Positions 37,902-50,879 of a stretch of 64,000 nucleotides of DNA are shown one piece after another; the stretch's first letter is position 1; each line of letters starts with the position of its first letter. The translations under genes and the position numbers were made by a program. The stretch is from Marsupella aquatica (Eukaryota > Plantae > Marchantiophyta): contig OZ316891.1 of assembly GCA_973895155.1 (NCBI GenBank), positions 17,296,095 to 17,360,094 of the forward strand. The letters are read 5' to 3'. Under the pieces are notes generated by a model, which made no database searches, was not told the DNA's origin, and saw only the letters and a program-made list of their open reading frames with translations.

Positions 37902-39092
37902 TTAACTATTGTCAAAGTTTGGACCAGAAGAGTCAAACCAGTCAAAAATGTATTTTGAAGGCAAGCTTGTGAATTCGTGGTAAGCATAAGCTAAATTCAT
38001 TTCTTCCTGAAGATGTCGCTCCCACTTCACAAGATCAACATCGGACAGCACACTCCCTTTCCTCATTGCCGTTTTCCATCCGGATTGGCGCCCGTCCACT
38101 TTCATATAGAGACCTTTGTGAGCAGGAGCCAAAATGCCGTACTGATGAAGGCTTGCAACAATCTTCTCGGAGAATTCTTTGCTTAAATCAGGAATTCTCT
38201 CCGAGAAGAAATGTTCTGTAACTTCCAGAGGAGAACAGAGGACCTCGTCGTTGGGCACTCCCTTTTCAGACAACAAGTCCCTGGCCTCCGAAATCCGTCC
38301 GGCAAGCCTCTTGTCTTTGGGCATGTGGACGAACAGAGTCGGAGGATAAGTAGAGTCAAAATCCATGGCCTCAAATCTCCCAGAGGAGATCTCGATGACC
38401 AACGCTTGAAACTTAAAATGCATCGCAAGCACAGAGATGAAGTACCCGCCGGACGAGGCTCCCAGTCCAAAGACAGGTAACCCCACCAAACTCAAATAAA
38501 AAATCCAAGTCCTCAAAACTTTCAAGACCTTCTTCGTATCCACCTGAGAACTCCAGCACTCTGCTGTACTTGAAACGGCTATCACAGCGTAGCCTCTCGC
38601 GAGAGCGTCCAACACGAGCGTCCGTTCCTCCGGCATGCCTGTGCAATTTAAACACTTGGGATGCTTATCCCAGAAGAAAGTGGAACGGCACTGGCATCCA
38701 TGTGCGAGGAATAACACTGCTTTAGGTTGCGGCGCAGTTGGAATTTGCCACACATATTCTGTTCCATCCACATTCTCGTACGTCGGTATCATCTTTGACA
38801 AGTTGTTTGTCGGTGGGGACAAAGGCGTGGTCGATTGAATGACCTGCAAGGGAAAGCGCAGAGCAGTAGCGGCTTTGTGATGATCATTGAGCGACCGGAG
38901 AGCAGATGTGGTGGACGAGTCGTTGACATTGACAAAGGCGAACAGAACGGAGGGAATGAGGAATAGCCCTACTACAGCCAGAAGCCACTGTTGCAGTCTC
39001 GCAGATATCCAACCAGGCCCTCCAGAAGAAGAGGATGAGGATCGGGGCAGGTCGTGATGTATTCCAGAGTATCTTGCGCTTGCGGTAGCCAT
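37902..39092 (-). CDS. Conserved plant type-II membrane protein with alpha/beta-hydrolase-like domain
   Basis: Uninterrupted ORF of about 396 aa from the ATG at 39092. It has an N-terminal TM segment (WLLAVVGLFLIPSVLFAFV), KAVLFLAHGC, the nucleophile elbow GLGASSGG, FVHMPKD and AYAYHEF. Confidence 0.85.
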   Translation of the reverse strand: MATASARYSGIHHDLPRSSSSSSGGPGWISARLQQWLLAVVGLFLIPSVLFAFVNVNDSSTTSALRSLNDHHKAATALRFPLQVIQSTTPLSPPTNNLSKMIPTYENVDGTEYVWQIPTAPQPKAVLFLAHGCQCRSTFFWDKHPKCLNCTGMPEERTLVLDALARGYAVIAVSSTAECWSSQVDTKKVLKVLRTWIFYLSLVGLPVFGLGASSGGYFISVLAMHFKFQALVIEISSGRFEAMDFDSTYPPTLFVHMPKDKRLAGRISEARDLLSEKGVPNDEVLCSPLEVTEHFFSERIPDLSKEFSEKIVASLHQYGILAPAHKGLYMKVDGRQSGWKTAMRKGSVLSDVDLVKWERHLQEEMNLAYAYHEFTSLPSKYIFDWFDSSGPNFDNS

Positions 39093-41877
39093 CGTTGCGC
39101 TCACATCCCTGAGTTCGAGTAGTGCAGCAACCTCGAGAGAATTACCACTCTATGTTGCATTGAACCTTTGAATTGAAAGTTGTGGCTTTCTAGATCACTG
39201 ATGCTGCAGTAATGTTGAATTTACAATGCTGGCCACACGACTCTCCTTCTCGCGGCCATTATTTGCCATTTCGACGTGGACCGTATCCAGTAAGAAAATT
39301 GGCAAACATCGCTCACATATAAGCGATCATCCGTACCTGTGTATAAAGATCCAGTCTCAATGATCAAACAATGCGCGAGCGTAGGGACACAGCCAGACAC
39401 AGCCAGAGATACGGGCGAAGCAATCGTCATTTTGAGCTTGTATACTTCGTATGATCAAGGAGTTCATTCAATGCGCCGAATTGGCGTTAAAGAATTCCAT
39501 AGTTCCCCGGCCCGAATCGAATCGAATGAACTTTGTTTCAAATAAAATCATCCCTATTGTCATATAATCACGTTCTGTACGAGTGAAAACTCGTTGAGCA
39601 TAACATTTTGAGGACGAAGAACGCCCTCTTCTGTATCTTTTTCCTCTGCCAGGACGCAAGAACCTGACAATCTGTAATAAGGTTTGGAAACAGAAATGAC
39701 GTGCCGTTATCCCTACCTGTCACTAGCACTTTCGGTCCCCTCCTTCCTTCCGCACATTCTCTCGAACCGTAGCACCTTCATTCAACAACGGCTCAACAGA
39801 AGTTTTGACGAGTACAAGCCTGAATCATTTCAACGAACACTACAGAAGCTCCGCGCTGAAGCAATGACGAGAGAAACAGGGATTCTTCATCGAGACATCG
39901 ACCAATTGCTGGACTGGACAGGGCAGGGAAGGGAAGGGAAGGGAAGGGAAGGGCTATACGCACGTATAGTGTCGACGACTTGGGAGAGGCAAACCTACCA
40001 TTCGACGACAAAACTACTCGACTACTCCTTACGTCCTTACAAAGTACAGCTAGCTACACTACGGTAGCCGAACGTAAAGAATTTTGTGATTTTCTTCTTT
40101 GCATTTTAGAGGGCATTAATTATGCCTCCCTTCTTTTGAGGAGAGTATTATAGGAGTTACCACAAATCTAGTAAACTGTAAATCACAGAAAATAGTTTAC
40201 CATATAACACAAATTAGTATGTGGGTCCAACTCAATTTTTTTAACACATTGATAATATTGTATTTGCTTGTTTTACTAATTCTCTTTCCTGGTCTTTCTT
40301 GGTTATCAAGTCTGTCAAAACTCTACTATGTGTCTAAATACACTGCCAAGAATTTGGAAGGAGCTTTTAGCGTGCTACATAATATTGTCATCTTTTGTTT
40401 GTCTCGACCTCTCTCATGTTCTTTTCACCTCTCTGTGTAATTCACATTGCAACTCCTCACATCACCTGGCTTGTTCGAGTGACAAATTATTCATCACAAG
40501 GGTGAGCAAGAAACTACCTTGGAGGCAAGGAGCTAGGCAATCACCTGCACTTCATTGTCTTGCAATATTTTTTGTGCAATGGATAATTATGCATTGGACT
40601 TGTCCATAAAATTATGAGATGTTTTTAAAAGTATTTGAAGTTTGCATGATAAAAATTGACATCACTAACAAACAAATTCATAAACTCAAAAACTATTTAT
40701 AGCATTGGTTTTCTAATTGTTTTGTGGGGAGACAAGTATACTTTTTGTTTGGAAAGTGTAATTTATTCATCATGATTTGTCTAGTAATGACAAAAACAAA
40801 ATTCTCATCAATTTTAATGGCAAATGGAAACAAAGAAAAAACCCATAAGTGTAGAATCATAATGATCATGTTGGGTAGAGAATAACTTTATATACAGGCA
40901 CCTTCATGAGAGAAGAAACATACTAATTTCATTTCTGTTTTTTAAATGTATGTTTTACTAATCAATAGAAAGTCATAGCCTTATTTTTTAGAGATTTTAT
41001 AATAATAGAATAGTTTAATGTTTTGAGAATAGTTTATTAGTCTTGAATGTGCAAGTGAGTTTTGACATTATGCTTATGACTTTTTTGGTGTGTATTCAAG
41101 GAATATATTTGAATAAGGCCTAGGGGAAGCTACACTCAAGATATTCTTTTAAGATTTCTCATGGTGATTACTATCAAGGTAAATGTTTATATCAGTGCAT
41201 ATTTTTTATGACTAGAACTTGTGTTTATTTGTTATTTGTGAAGTGACTTGATATTTTGTCCATTCAATTGACATGAGCAATTTTGTGTGAGTTTGTAGAC
41301 AAACTTTGGCATCACTAAGAAACAACCCCAAGCTATCATCTAAGCTTGAAATAGAGGTTTGTTTCTCTCTTTATTCTTGGTTGAATAAATGTGATTGCTA
41401 AAGTTGTTCACTCATAAAGCTAAATCAAGCATGGAATCTATCTATACTTTAAAATCTAATTTTCACACATGCAATATTTATCATAATAGTGTTTATTTTC
41501 AAATAAATTATCAGATTAGCTAAAAATGTGTAGCATTATCATATATGGATGCAAATATTAGTATAATAATTATTTGCCACAACACTTAGAGCTTTTATTT
41601 GAATCAACACAATAGATTTATGCAATCTTAACAAAACTATAAGTAATTCTAATTTGCAATTTATTTGTAGAAAGCAATGCTCTTGGTAGGTAGATGAGTC
41701 TTTTGTAATCTTGTTTCATATTGTTATGGTTATCTTAGGGCATTAAATATTAAGAAAGTGAAATTTGCCCTTTGTTGGATTCCAAAAATGGAGAAGTTAG
41801 CTCTTTGTACCTAAAATTATTCACTTAAGTTTATTATCAATCGGGTACTATAATTATAAGGTCCATATCATATTATT

Positions 41878-42566
41878 CAAGTTAAGGCAATAAACTATAG
41901 TATGCACATATGCAGAGATCGGTGTAATGTTTGACCCTAATTGTAACTTCAAAATCAATATAAGGTTACAAGTTAAGGCATTCTGGTACACACATCCGCA
42001 AGGGTCCGTGTATTGTTTGACCCCAATTGTAACTTCAAAATCAATGTTAAGGCATCCTGGTACACACATCTGCAAGGGTCGGTGTACTGTTTGACCCCAA
42101 TTGTAACTTATAAAATCAATATAAGGTTACAAGTTAAGGCATTCTGATACACACATCCGCAAGGGTCGGTGTATTGTTTGACCTCATTTGTAACTTCAAA
42201 ATCAATATAAAGTTACAAGTTAAGGCATTCTGGTACACACATTTGCAAAGGTCGGTGTACTGTTTGACCCCGCTTGTAACTTATAAAATCAATATAAGGT
42301 AACTACAAGTTAAGACATTATGGTACACACATCTACAAGGGTTAGTGTACTGCTTGATCCTAGTTGTAACTTCAAAATCAAAATTAGGTTATCCGGGAAG
42401 GTTACAAGTCAAGGCATTTTGGTACACACATCTACAAGGGTCTTTATAATGTTTTATCCCATTTGTAACTTCAAAATCAATAAGGTCATAATTTAAAGCG
42501 ATTGGTACACATATATTCAAGGGTTTGAGTATTGTTTGACAAGTTGTAACTTAAAAACAAGGTTAT
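41878..42566. repeat. Satellite array, about 8 units of about 85 bp
   Basis: Unit ttacaagttaaggcattctggtacacacatccgcaagggtcggtgtattgtttgaccccaattgtaacttcaaaatcaatataagg, degenerating at both ends. Confidence 0.9.
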
Positions 42567-43044
42567 AATACTCTAGAGTTTACATTCCAAAAATCTGACA
42601 TTCAATACCACTTCAAACAATATTTTCATAACTAGACCCTTCCACATGTTAACATTGTAATAATCCTTGCATTAAACTTCAATGTAAGTTTCCCATGACC
42701 AAACCCTCGCTTATTCACCCCACCTTCCTCATGATCTTTCACCCCTACTTATATTTCTAATATTTTTTCCCATTTTACTTGTATGACGTCAAGAGATTGA
42801 GAGAATGCTTTATATGTTGCTTACCAAGCTTATTTATTTTATTTTATTGCAATTAAATTGCCTTTTAAAATACACCTAATACCCAAGCTGGAGATTTTTC
42901 AAATATTGATTTTTTCCAAAGCCGACCTACTGCCCAAGTTATTCCTTAGGCACCATAAAGGGCATAATCTAGTTATGTCAACATCCAAGCATGGATAGGT
43001 TTAGTTTAATAGAGTTGTTTGTGTCGAGAAGTGACATTACTCTT

Positions 43045-43287
43045 CACACGAGGCTTCACACACAAAAGCAACATAGATCATTGGATTCAAAACATCTAAT
43101 GGTGTAAAAGTTCTTTTTGAGCTAAGAGACCACACGAGTATTCACACACAAAATGAATCTGGATGGTTGGATTCATAACATCTAAGGGTAGGAAAGCTCA
43201 TTTTCAGTTGAGAGGCCACACGAATCTTCACACAAGTCTTCACACACAAAATGGATGTAGATGGTTGGATTCAAAGCATCTAATGGC
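43045..43287. repeat. Three degenerate direct repeats, about 85-100 bp period
   Basis: ttcacacacaaaa...gat(c/g)(a/g)ttggattca(a/t)a(a/g)catctaa at about 43056, 43141 and 43239. Confidence 0.75.
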
Positions 43288-44765
43288 TGGATATTTACAG
43301 GGTGACGTGGAATTTTGACAGAATTTTCAGATTTACATAAGTCTTTAACTGGACCCGTAATTAGTTAGTGGACCCCCTGTTTACATTTTTTAGGTCTTGT
43401 TTGAGTCAAAATAATGTCTGTAATTAGGTTTGCTACTTGCAACCAAATTCTCAAGTTTAAGAGAGTCAATAGTCAATATATGGCAAAGTCCATTTTAAAC
43501 CAAATAAATGTCTGATCAAATAAATTGTATCAATTCATTGAGATCAAGTTACTACCATAACTGGCAATTTAATTGCAAAAAGCCAAAAATCTCACTCCAT
43601 ATGCTAGTTACCCTTTAAAAATTAAGTTATCAAGCTAATTACTAGTCATTATTTATTATGTGAAAAATATTTTTAAAATCTTTCAATTTAATTTTCATTT
43701 TTAAATTTAAGTTAATAATTTTTTTAATTGGATACTAACTAAAACAGTTACGTAGTGATCATTTTGCCCGTCTTGCTCTTTGCATTTCTAAACTTTTACA
43801 TTTCTTTTTACGACATGGCATCCCAAAATTTACACCCAAATTGACGCAAAGACAAATGAAAATTGTAAGTTTGATTCACGAGTCTTGCTGTTGTAAATTT
43901 GTAAGTTTGATTCATTTGTCAACAGCAAGACTCGTTGTTGTTGACGTGGCACGCTCTGGTGCCAAGAATTTTGGGAGGGAAATCTCATTGGGATCCACAA
44001 ATAAAAAGTCATACAAAATAGAGACTGTATCGAGAATCTAAAATATTGCATGGGTGAACATGTTCCATTGTTAACTTCTTCCAGGTTTTCAACCAATTGC
44101 ATGCCAACTAATTGTTTCTATGGCTTTTTAATTTTCCATCCATTTTGTAGAAACAAGAGCCTGGATGGACCAATACATTGTCCCTGCCCATTCCCATGGA
44201 CTGCGTAAAGTGATCGTTGCTTATACACCAAAAAAAGGAACCAGTCGCAGATTGTAGCTGACAACTTTTATTACCTTGGGAAGAAAGTAGTCAACATGTT
44301 GTGGTGATCCTGAGTAATGGCATGACGTCTTGACGTCTTACAGGTTGAAGGTAGTCAAGTAGTGAAGTTACCAATGAATTTGAAACCGGCTACACATGGT
44401 AAGGATACCATTTATAGGTCACATTTCAGTCAAAAATGTAAAGATGTTATCCAACTTAGTTTAAATTTATGAGCAAGTCCATCCAAGCTCTGCCAATGCA
44501 TCTGGGCTTCATAGACAAGTGTAGGTCCATCTGGACTTCAGTTTCCATTTTGTAAGTTAACTTTTTCTTGTCCCTTCTCAGGAAATCACTCAAGTTGTTA
44601 CATATGTTAATGTCATAGTTATGGGAATTGTGACAATAGAGCCCATTAAAACATGAGCTCCCATCCTTGTTCTCGGGGGCATTGCATCTCACAATGCCCT
44701 CTAGCTATATTGCCCTTGGTGATTGACATGCCTTAATGGCCCTGGTGATTTTCCAGTTTTCAGTA

Positions 44766-44897
44766 CATTCTTGGAGAAAATGCCCCGTCAAGATTTGGAT
44801 CACATCTTTAGGAAGATTGTGTTTTCCCCTTAGTATTTGTCAATGCATTCTTGGAGAAAATGCCCCTCAAGATTTGGATCGCATCTTTAGGAAGATT
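44766..44897. repeat. Direct repeat of about 52 bp, 80-bp spacing
   Basis: cattcttggagaaaatgcccc(g)tcaagatttggatc(a/g)catctttaggaagatt occurs twice. Confidence 0.8.
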
Positions 44898-46192
44898 CTC
44901 CACTGTTTTACTAAGATAGTAAAAATAAATATCTCTCAAGTCTTCAAGTATATTAAGGTCTCGTTTCCTATTGCCATAAAGTGATTGACTGGCTCACGGA
45001 ACGGCTCGCGGAATGGAAGGATGTTAGACTGCGTGACTGGAAGGCAGCTGAGGTGCAGTTATGGGCAGTCACAGCCCCTCAAAACTTGAACATAAGCTAT
45101 AGGTTTTCGGTGCATTATATCACACAATGCTTTGAAAACAGGACATTACCATATACAAAATACTCTCTATGTATAGTACCTCTAGTGAGGCATATCTTCT
45201 TATGTGTGTTGTATAGTTCCCGAGTTCCTCACCCCTCGCATACTGCTGCAAATTTTTCTTACTCGTTCATGACAGAAACGACATGGTTTAATCCAAATTC
45301 CAAATAAGGGTATTCCCTTTAATCCGAATTCCAAAAAGGGGGCCCCTTTAGCTAGGACTAAATATTTGGCCGCAAAAAACAAAAGACCCAACATAAGGCG
45401 AGGAGGACTGAGCCATGTCTAAGTGAGCCATGGCTAAGTGAAGGAATTGGTTAACAGCTTGGACAGTGCCATTGTTAGAAGGGCAAGCCTTCAAGCTTAA
45501 ACCACTAAAACTTCTAACAGAAAACAAAAACCTATACTGAAGAACTTTAACAAAACTCATAGATGTAGACAACTAAATGATCATTCCTTCGATCTCAGAG
45601 GCAAACAAGAACAATTAATCGTTGGGTGTTTTCATCTGGCTTCAGTCAAGTATCATCATTCTTTCCAGCCCATGTCCATGACCACTGAAGCCCTTAAGCA
45701 AATATATCGAATTAATATTTTTGGACGTATCAAGCCAAGACCTTCATTTCGCACATCGGTGATTTCGACTGTCAAGAAGCAACTCACATAGCTTTTCTAT
45801 ATATGTTGTTCTCCAGTGAAAGTATAATTTGGACGTTTGTCGATACTCAATATGACCAACGATTTTTTCTCGGTTGTTTTGTCAGTGAGAGTACCTGAAG
45901 CATTGGGAATAGGTTTTACTGCCCGTTGCTCGCAACAACGGTGAATGGATGAAACAGTCTGTCAGCCTGGTAAGCGCTAGTTATAACGCCAAAGTTATAA
46001 CAAGGATGATCTCAAAGTTCCTGGCACAGAACTGCCATCGCCGAGGGCTGTAATAAAAAACCTCTCGAACATAATACTTTTTGAATTTATGCCATTCATC
46101 ACGCAAACAACGAAAACCTGATTATATCTGGGCTACCAGTAAGAACTGTGTACAGTCACTTTCCAGCCAGCACAAAGCAGCTTTCAATCTTG

Positions 46193-49100
46193 TCACCAGT
46201 AATCACCACAAGAACACACGCCATCTTTAAAATGGTGAAAGCGATTTGCATCCCTCGCTATGATCTCGCGTCCTGTCACCTTAGAGATAAACTTGGTTGC
46301 TGTATGACAATCTGGACACACCCGAAGGTTCTTCCTTACACGAATTGGTTCTTCCCGAGGTATGTGCATTAGTCCGTAGGCAATAGCCAGCTTCTCACTA
46401 TGAGAACAAAGAACTAGTTCTTTATCCTCCTCATTGATATCATGCAACACAGCCCGGGTATCTGCAATGTAGCCTTCAGCCTTCAGTTTTTCAGTCAATA
46501 CATTGAGCTCAGTATAAATCGCCTTCGCTTCTGGATGAGATGTATCCCCTACAATAAATTCATGGATCTTCTTATCAACTTCAATCCAGCTACGCCCTGC
46601 CTCTTTCCGAACACCTCTCTTCTGCATCATAGTGCGCACCAAAGACACGTTCTCCCACTTGCCAGCCGCAGCGTAGATGTTGGAGAGGAGCACATATGTA
46701 GAGGCCATACTGGTTTCCAACTTGAAAAGCTCCTTTGCGGCAAGTTCGCCCAACTCCACATTACCGTAAGTTCTACAAGCCCCAAGCAAGGCTGTCCAAG
46801 TTACTCCATTTGGTTCAATTGGCATGTCACTAATGAAGACCTTTGCTTCTTCCAAGTGTCCAGCCCGCCCAAGAAGATCTACCATGCAGTTATAATGCAC
46901 AACAGTAGGCTCGATGCCATGATCTTGCGTCATAGCTGAAAAGAGTCTACGGCCATCAGCAACAAGGCCTCCGTGACAACAGGCCGACAACACTGCCACA
47001 AATGAAGCCCCGTCGGGCTTCACAAAGTCCGCATTCATTTTTCTGAAGAGTTCCAAGGCTTCATGCCCGCATCCATGGTATGCAAGTCCACCGATCATGG
47101 TAGTCCATGTGACTACATCACGTTTCTCCATTCTGTCAAAAACTAGTCGGGCATCATCTATACTGCCACTCTCTGCATACATGTGAACCAGAGCAGTGCC
47201 CACACGCAAATCCGACTCCAGTCCTGCTTTGCTAGCATGACCATGAACCTCCTTCACCCACTCCAAAGCCCCCGCACTCGCGGATGCGTTGAGGATGCTC
47301 ACATAAGTGATTGCATCTGGTTGGAAGCCTTCCCGTCTCATTTCGAGAAACAGCAGATATGCTTCCACACCATGTCCATGTTCTGCATATGCCCCAATCA
47401 TTATGGTCCATGTGACAATATTTCGATTACTCAAATTTTCAAAAACTCTCCTTGCCTCAGTGATGCTCCCACACTTTGCATACATCTGAACCAGTGCATT
47501 TCCCACACGCAAATCTGACTCTAGTCCCGCTTTGGTAGCATGGCCATGAACCTCCTTCACCCACTCCAAAGCTCCCGCACTTGCAGATGCATTTAGGATG
47601 CTTATATACGTGATTGCATCTGGCAGGAAGCCTTCCTGTCGCATTTGGAGAAACAATCGATACGCTTCATGCCCACATCCATGTTGTGCAAGTCCACCGA
47701 TCATTACATTCCATGTGACTACATCGCGTTTCTCCTTTCTGTCAAAAACTCGTCGGGCATCATCTATACTGCCACTCTCTGCATACATGTGAACCAGTGC
47801 ATTGCCCACACGCAAATCCGACTCCAGTCCCGCTTTGCGAGCATGGCCGTGAATCTCCTTAACCCACTCCAAAGCCCCTGCACTTGCAGATGCATTCAGG
47901 ATGCTCATATAAGTGATTGCATTTGGTTCGAAACCTTCCCGTTTCATTTGGAGAAACAGTAGATATGCTTCGTGCCCACATCCGTGTTGTGCAAGTCCAC
48001 CGATCATTACGGACCATGTGATGACATCTCGATTGGTCAAATTTTCAAAAACTCGCCTTGCCTCGGTTATGCACCCACACTTCACATACATCTTAAGGAG
48101 GGCAGTCCCTACACGCAAATCTGATTCAAAGCCGGCATGTCGAATCCAATCATGAACTTGTTTTCCCCACGTGAGAGCTATTGGGCTTGCACATGCCTTC
48201 AGCATGCAAAGATATGTGACCTCAGTAGGTCGCACACCATCTTGGCGCATTGATTTGAAAAGTTCCAGTACGGATTCAGCATCATCATTCCTGGCATTTC
48301 CTGCAATCATCGTGTTCCAAGTAATGACACTCTTCTTCTCCAGTTCATCAAAAATTCGACGTGCATCCAAAAATCCCCCGCACCTGATATACACATTCAG
48401 GAGGGTGTTCGCCACATACAGATTCTTGTCCATTCCACTCTGGATGATGCAGTCATGAACCTGCTTGACCGCTAACATGTCTTTCTGTTTCAAGCACATT
48501 TGCAGAACTTTGACATACGTGTAAGAGTCTGTAGTAATGCCTCGTTGTAGACGATTCTGCAAAACAGCAATTGCTTCACTCGTGGTACCAGCGCTATGGA
48601 TGTGCGTAAGACCATCGCCAGACGTCTGCCCGACGACGGAGCCCACAATTTTACTTGCAGGTATCCGGTAATTGTTAAGGGTCGGTTGGGCACCATTTTG
48701 AGAGCTCCTGGCCTGATCAACAACTACATAGGCCGGCCTCATTCCGTACGACACTTGGGTGGCACGGCTGTTCGATAGCAAATGAGCACCACCGTCAGGA
48801 CTCCTCCGCACTGTTTGATTAGAGATTACATTCTTTGATTTCACTCCGGCTTCGATCTGCGTACTGAAAGGGAAGGGAAGGGAAGGGATCCTTCATTGAA
48901 TTAGGAACCAACCTAAGAGATTTATTCCTAGTAGCCTATGTTGAACCGATTTGAAGTACCTCCCAGTGAAAAAGAAGGAGCGAAGGATTAAAAATAGGCC
49001 AATATAGATTTCAACACGGGCGGAACAACTTCAAAGTGTGGCAACAGAATATTGAGAAATCAATCTAAACAAAGATCACAAGAAGCAGAAAGTAGTGTGC

Positions 49101-49387
49101 AGCTAAAACACTATAAACAACGGACAAAGCTGACACGTACGTAAGAACCATGGGACTGACCTGATGGTGTGCGAGGAATGCTGGCGAACCCGTCGACAGG
49201 GCTGGAAATGGGAAGAGAGGATGGTGGAGAAAGAGGTGGGGTGAAAGGAGAGCTGTGGGGCCTGCTGCTGTGGCAGAATCTGTAGCGGAGGCCCCAACCT
49301 CAGCAGGATTAGGCTTCTCCTTTTCACCACTTCACTAGTAGCAATCCGTCTCCTCCATACTCCTCTCAATGAACCCGCTCCCCCCAT
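46193..49387 (-). CDS. PLS-class pentatricopeptide repeat protein with E1/E2 and DYW deaminase domain (organellar C-to-U RNA editing factor)
   Basis: Exon 1 49387-49161 (R/S/L-rich transit peptide, donor AG|GTCAGT) and exon 2 48863-46193 (acceptor ctttcag) join in frame. There are 17 P/L/S motifs, a PG-box variant AGRSWIEV, HSEKLAIAYGL (HxE), CPDCH and a terminal CSCGDYW. Confidence 0.95.
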
Positions 49388-50307
49388 TTTTCCCTTCTCA
49401 GCCTCCCCTTACTCACTCCTACCTCCGCCTCCACCTCCTCGTCCTCCCGCCCCTGCTCGAAGACCAACGCTGGCTCCCCACTTCTCAATCCAATCCGCCC
49501 TAATGCAACCTAATCTGATGCGATCTCGGGGCCTGCGGGCTAGCTCGATCTCCCACTCGCCTTCATCGACACTCCATGAGCTAAAGATTAAACGCCACAT
49601 CTTTTCTTCAGTGAGACCGTTCATTAAACCCTCAGCCGCCTACTCCTCCCAGACATGACTGTGACGCCTCGCCTTTACTACAACTCCATTGCTACATCCG
49701 CAGCCATTTCGTCTCTTTCACTTCGTCCGCTGTGTTGTTGTTGCTGCTGTACGTGGATATCCACCGAAGTGAGTGCGGTAGCTATGGTGGTGAGGAGGAC
49801 GTACTCTGTGAATGCGGGAATGTCCTTGATCTATCACTCGAATTTGCTGCAAAAAACTTCGTCTATCACTCGAATTTGCCTGCAGAAACCTTCATCGGTC
49901 GCTTGCTACTGAGCTGGGCTAAGCTGCGATTTGACCGGGGGTTGATCGCCTCCGTTCTCCACGATCCTCTCCTTTCGTCTAGACAGGTGATCGCCTCTCA
50001 CGGGGCCATTGTCAGTCCGAGTAGAACCAACCGGGACCTCCTCTGTTTCTATCCGGGATGTGAACGAGAAACGTTAACCGACGAATCTACTTGAAATTTG
50101 ATTGAGAACGTAATCCACTTGTAAATCCCACGAGCAGTGGTCTGATTGGGGATAGATGACCAAACTTCTTGACATTCACCTTAGTACTTTACGAATGTGG
50201 GCATCAACTTTTGGACTTGGAGGGCGGACCAACATTTGAAGAAGAAGAAGACTACGACTCATTGTCGGATATCACTTTCGTACTTGGAGGACGACGACAC
50301 GGACTAA

Positions 50308-50622
50308 GGGCCAGGTTCCATGGGCCAGGGGTAGGGAGTACGGTCACTCCCTCTGACATTAACTAGGGCTCAAATATATCGTATGCCAAGGTGTATACAG
50401 TATTTTAAAAGTATGAATTTTGACTCAGGAGCCAATGAGAATGCCCTGTACTATTCTTATACAGGGGCAGGGGGTACCCCTGAAGTTTAAGAGGGAGTGT
50501 GAGGGAAAATCATACTCCTTGATGCAGTATTTGTATACCCCTCAGTCCCTGGAAAAGCTGCAATCTTATTGGCTTAAAAATTCTGACAGCATCCGTACTC
50601 CCAGCCCCATGGAACCTAGCCC
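50308..50622. mobile_element. Tourist-like (PIF/Harbinger) MITE, 315 bp
   Basis: TIRs gggccaggttccatggg...gggagtacgg and ccgtactccc...cccatggaacctagccc, flanked by TAA at 50305-50307 and 50623-50625. Non-coding. Confidence 0.85.
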
Positions 50623-50879
50623 TAAACGACTAAACCTCTAGGGTCTTCAGGTTGAATTCCCGTAGTTGCACATGAAAATGTACAATATACTGTGTACTAT
50701 GTCATTCCATACCAAAATAAACCGGAACATATGTTGTTTAAATCAGGGAGTGTTATTATTCTAAAGTTGCACAGGCAATGTAGTCCAGGTGAACAAAGAT
50801 TTAGAGATGAGAGAAACATGTTGAGGTGCGGAAAGGGTGTCTAGGTGAAAAAAGATGTAGAGATGAGGTTACCTAAGGC

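Noticed and set aside
39921-39953. (GGGAA)n tracts here and at 48869-48887, and (AC)n at 8486-8501
   Set aside because: Ordinary microsatellites.
41878-42566. CRISPR-like regular spacing
   Set aside because: The entire unit repeats, so it is a satellite and not a repeat-spacer array.
43296-43360. TACAGGGTG Tc1/mariner-like terminus
   Set aside because: No matching second TIR found.
46442-48458. Plus-strand ORFs opposite the PPR gene, and similar ORFs opposite TE genes
   Set aside because: Antisense shadows of the real coding frames.
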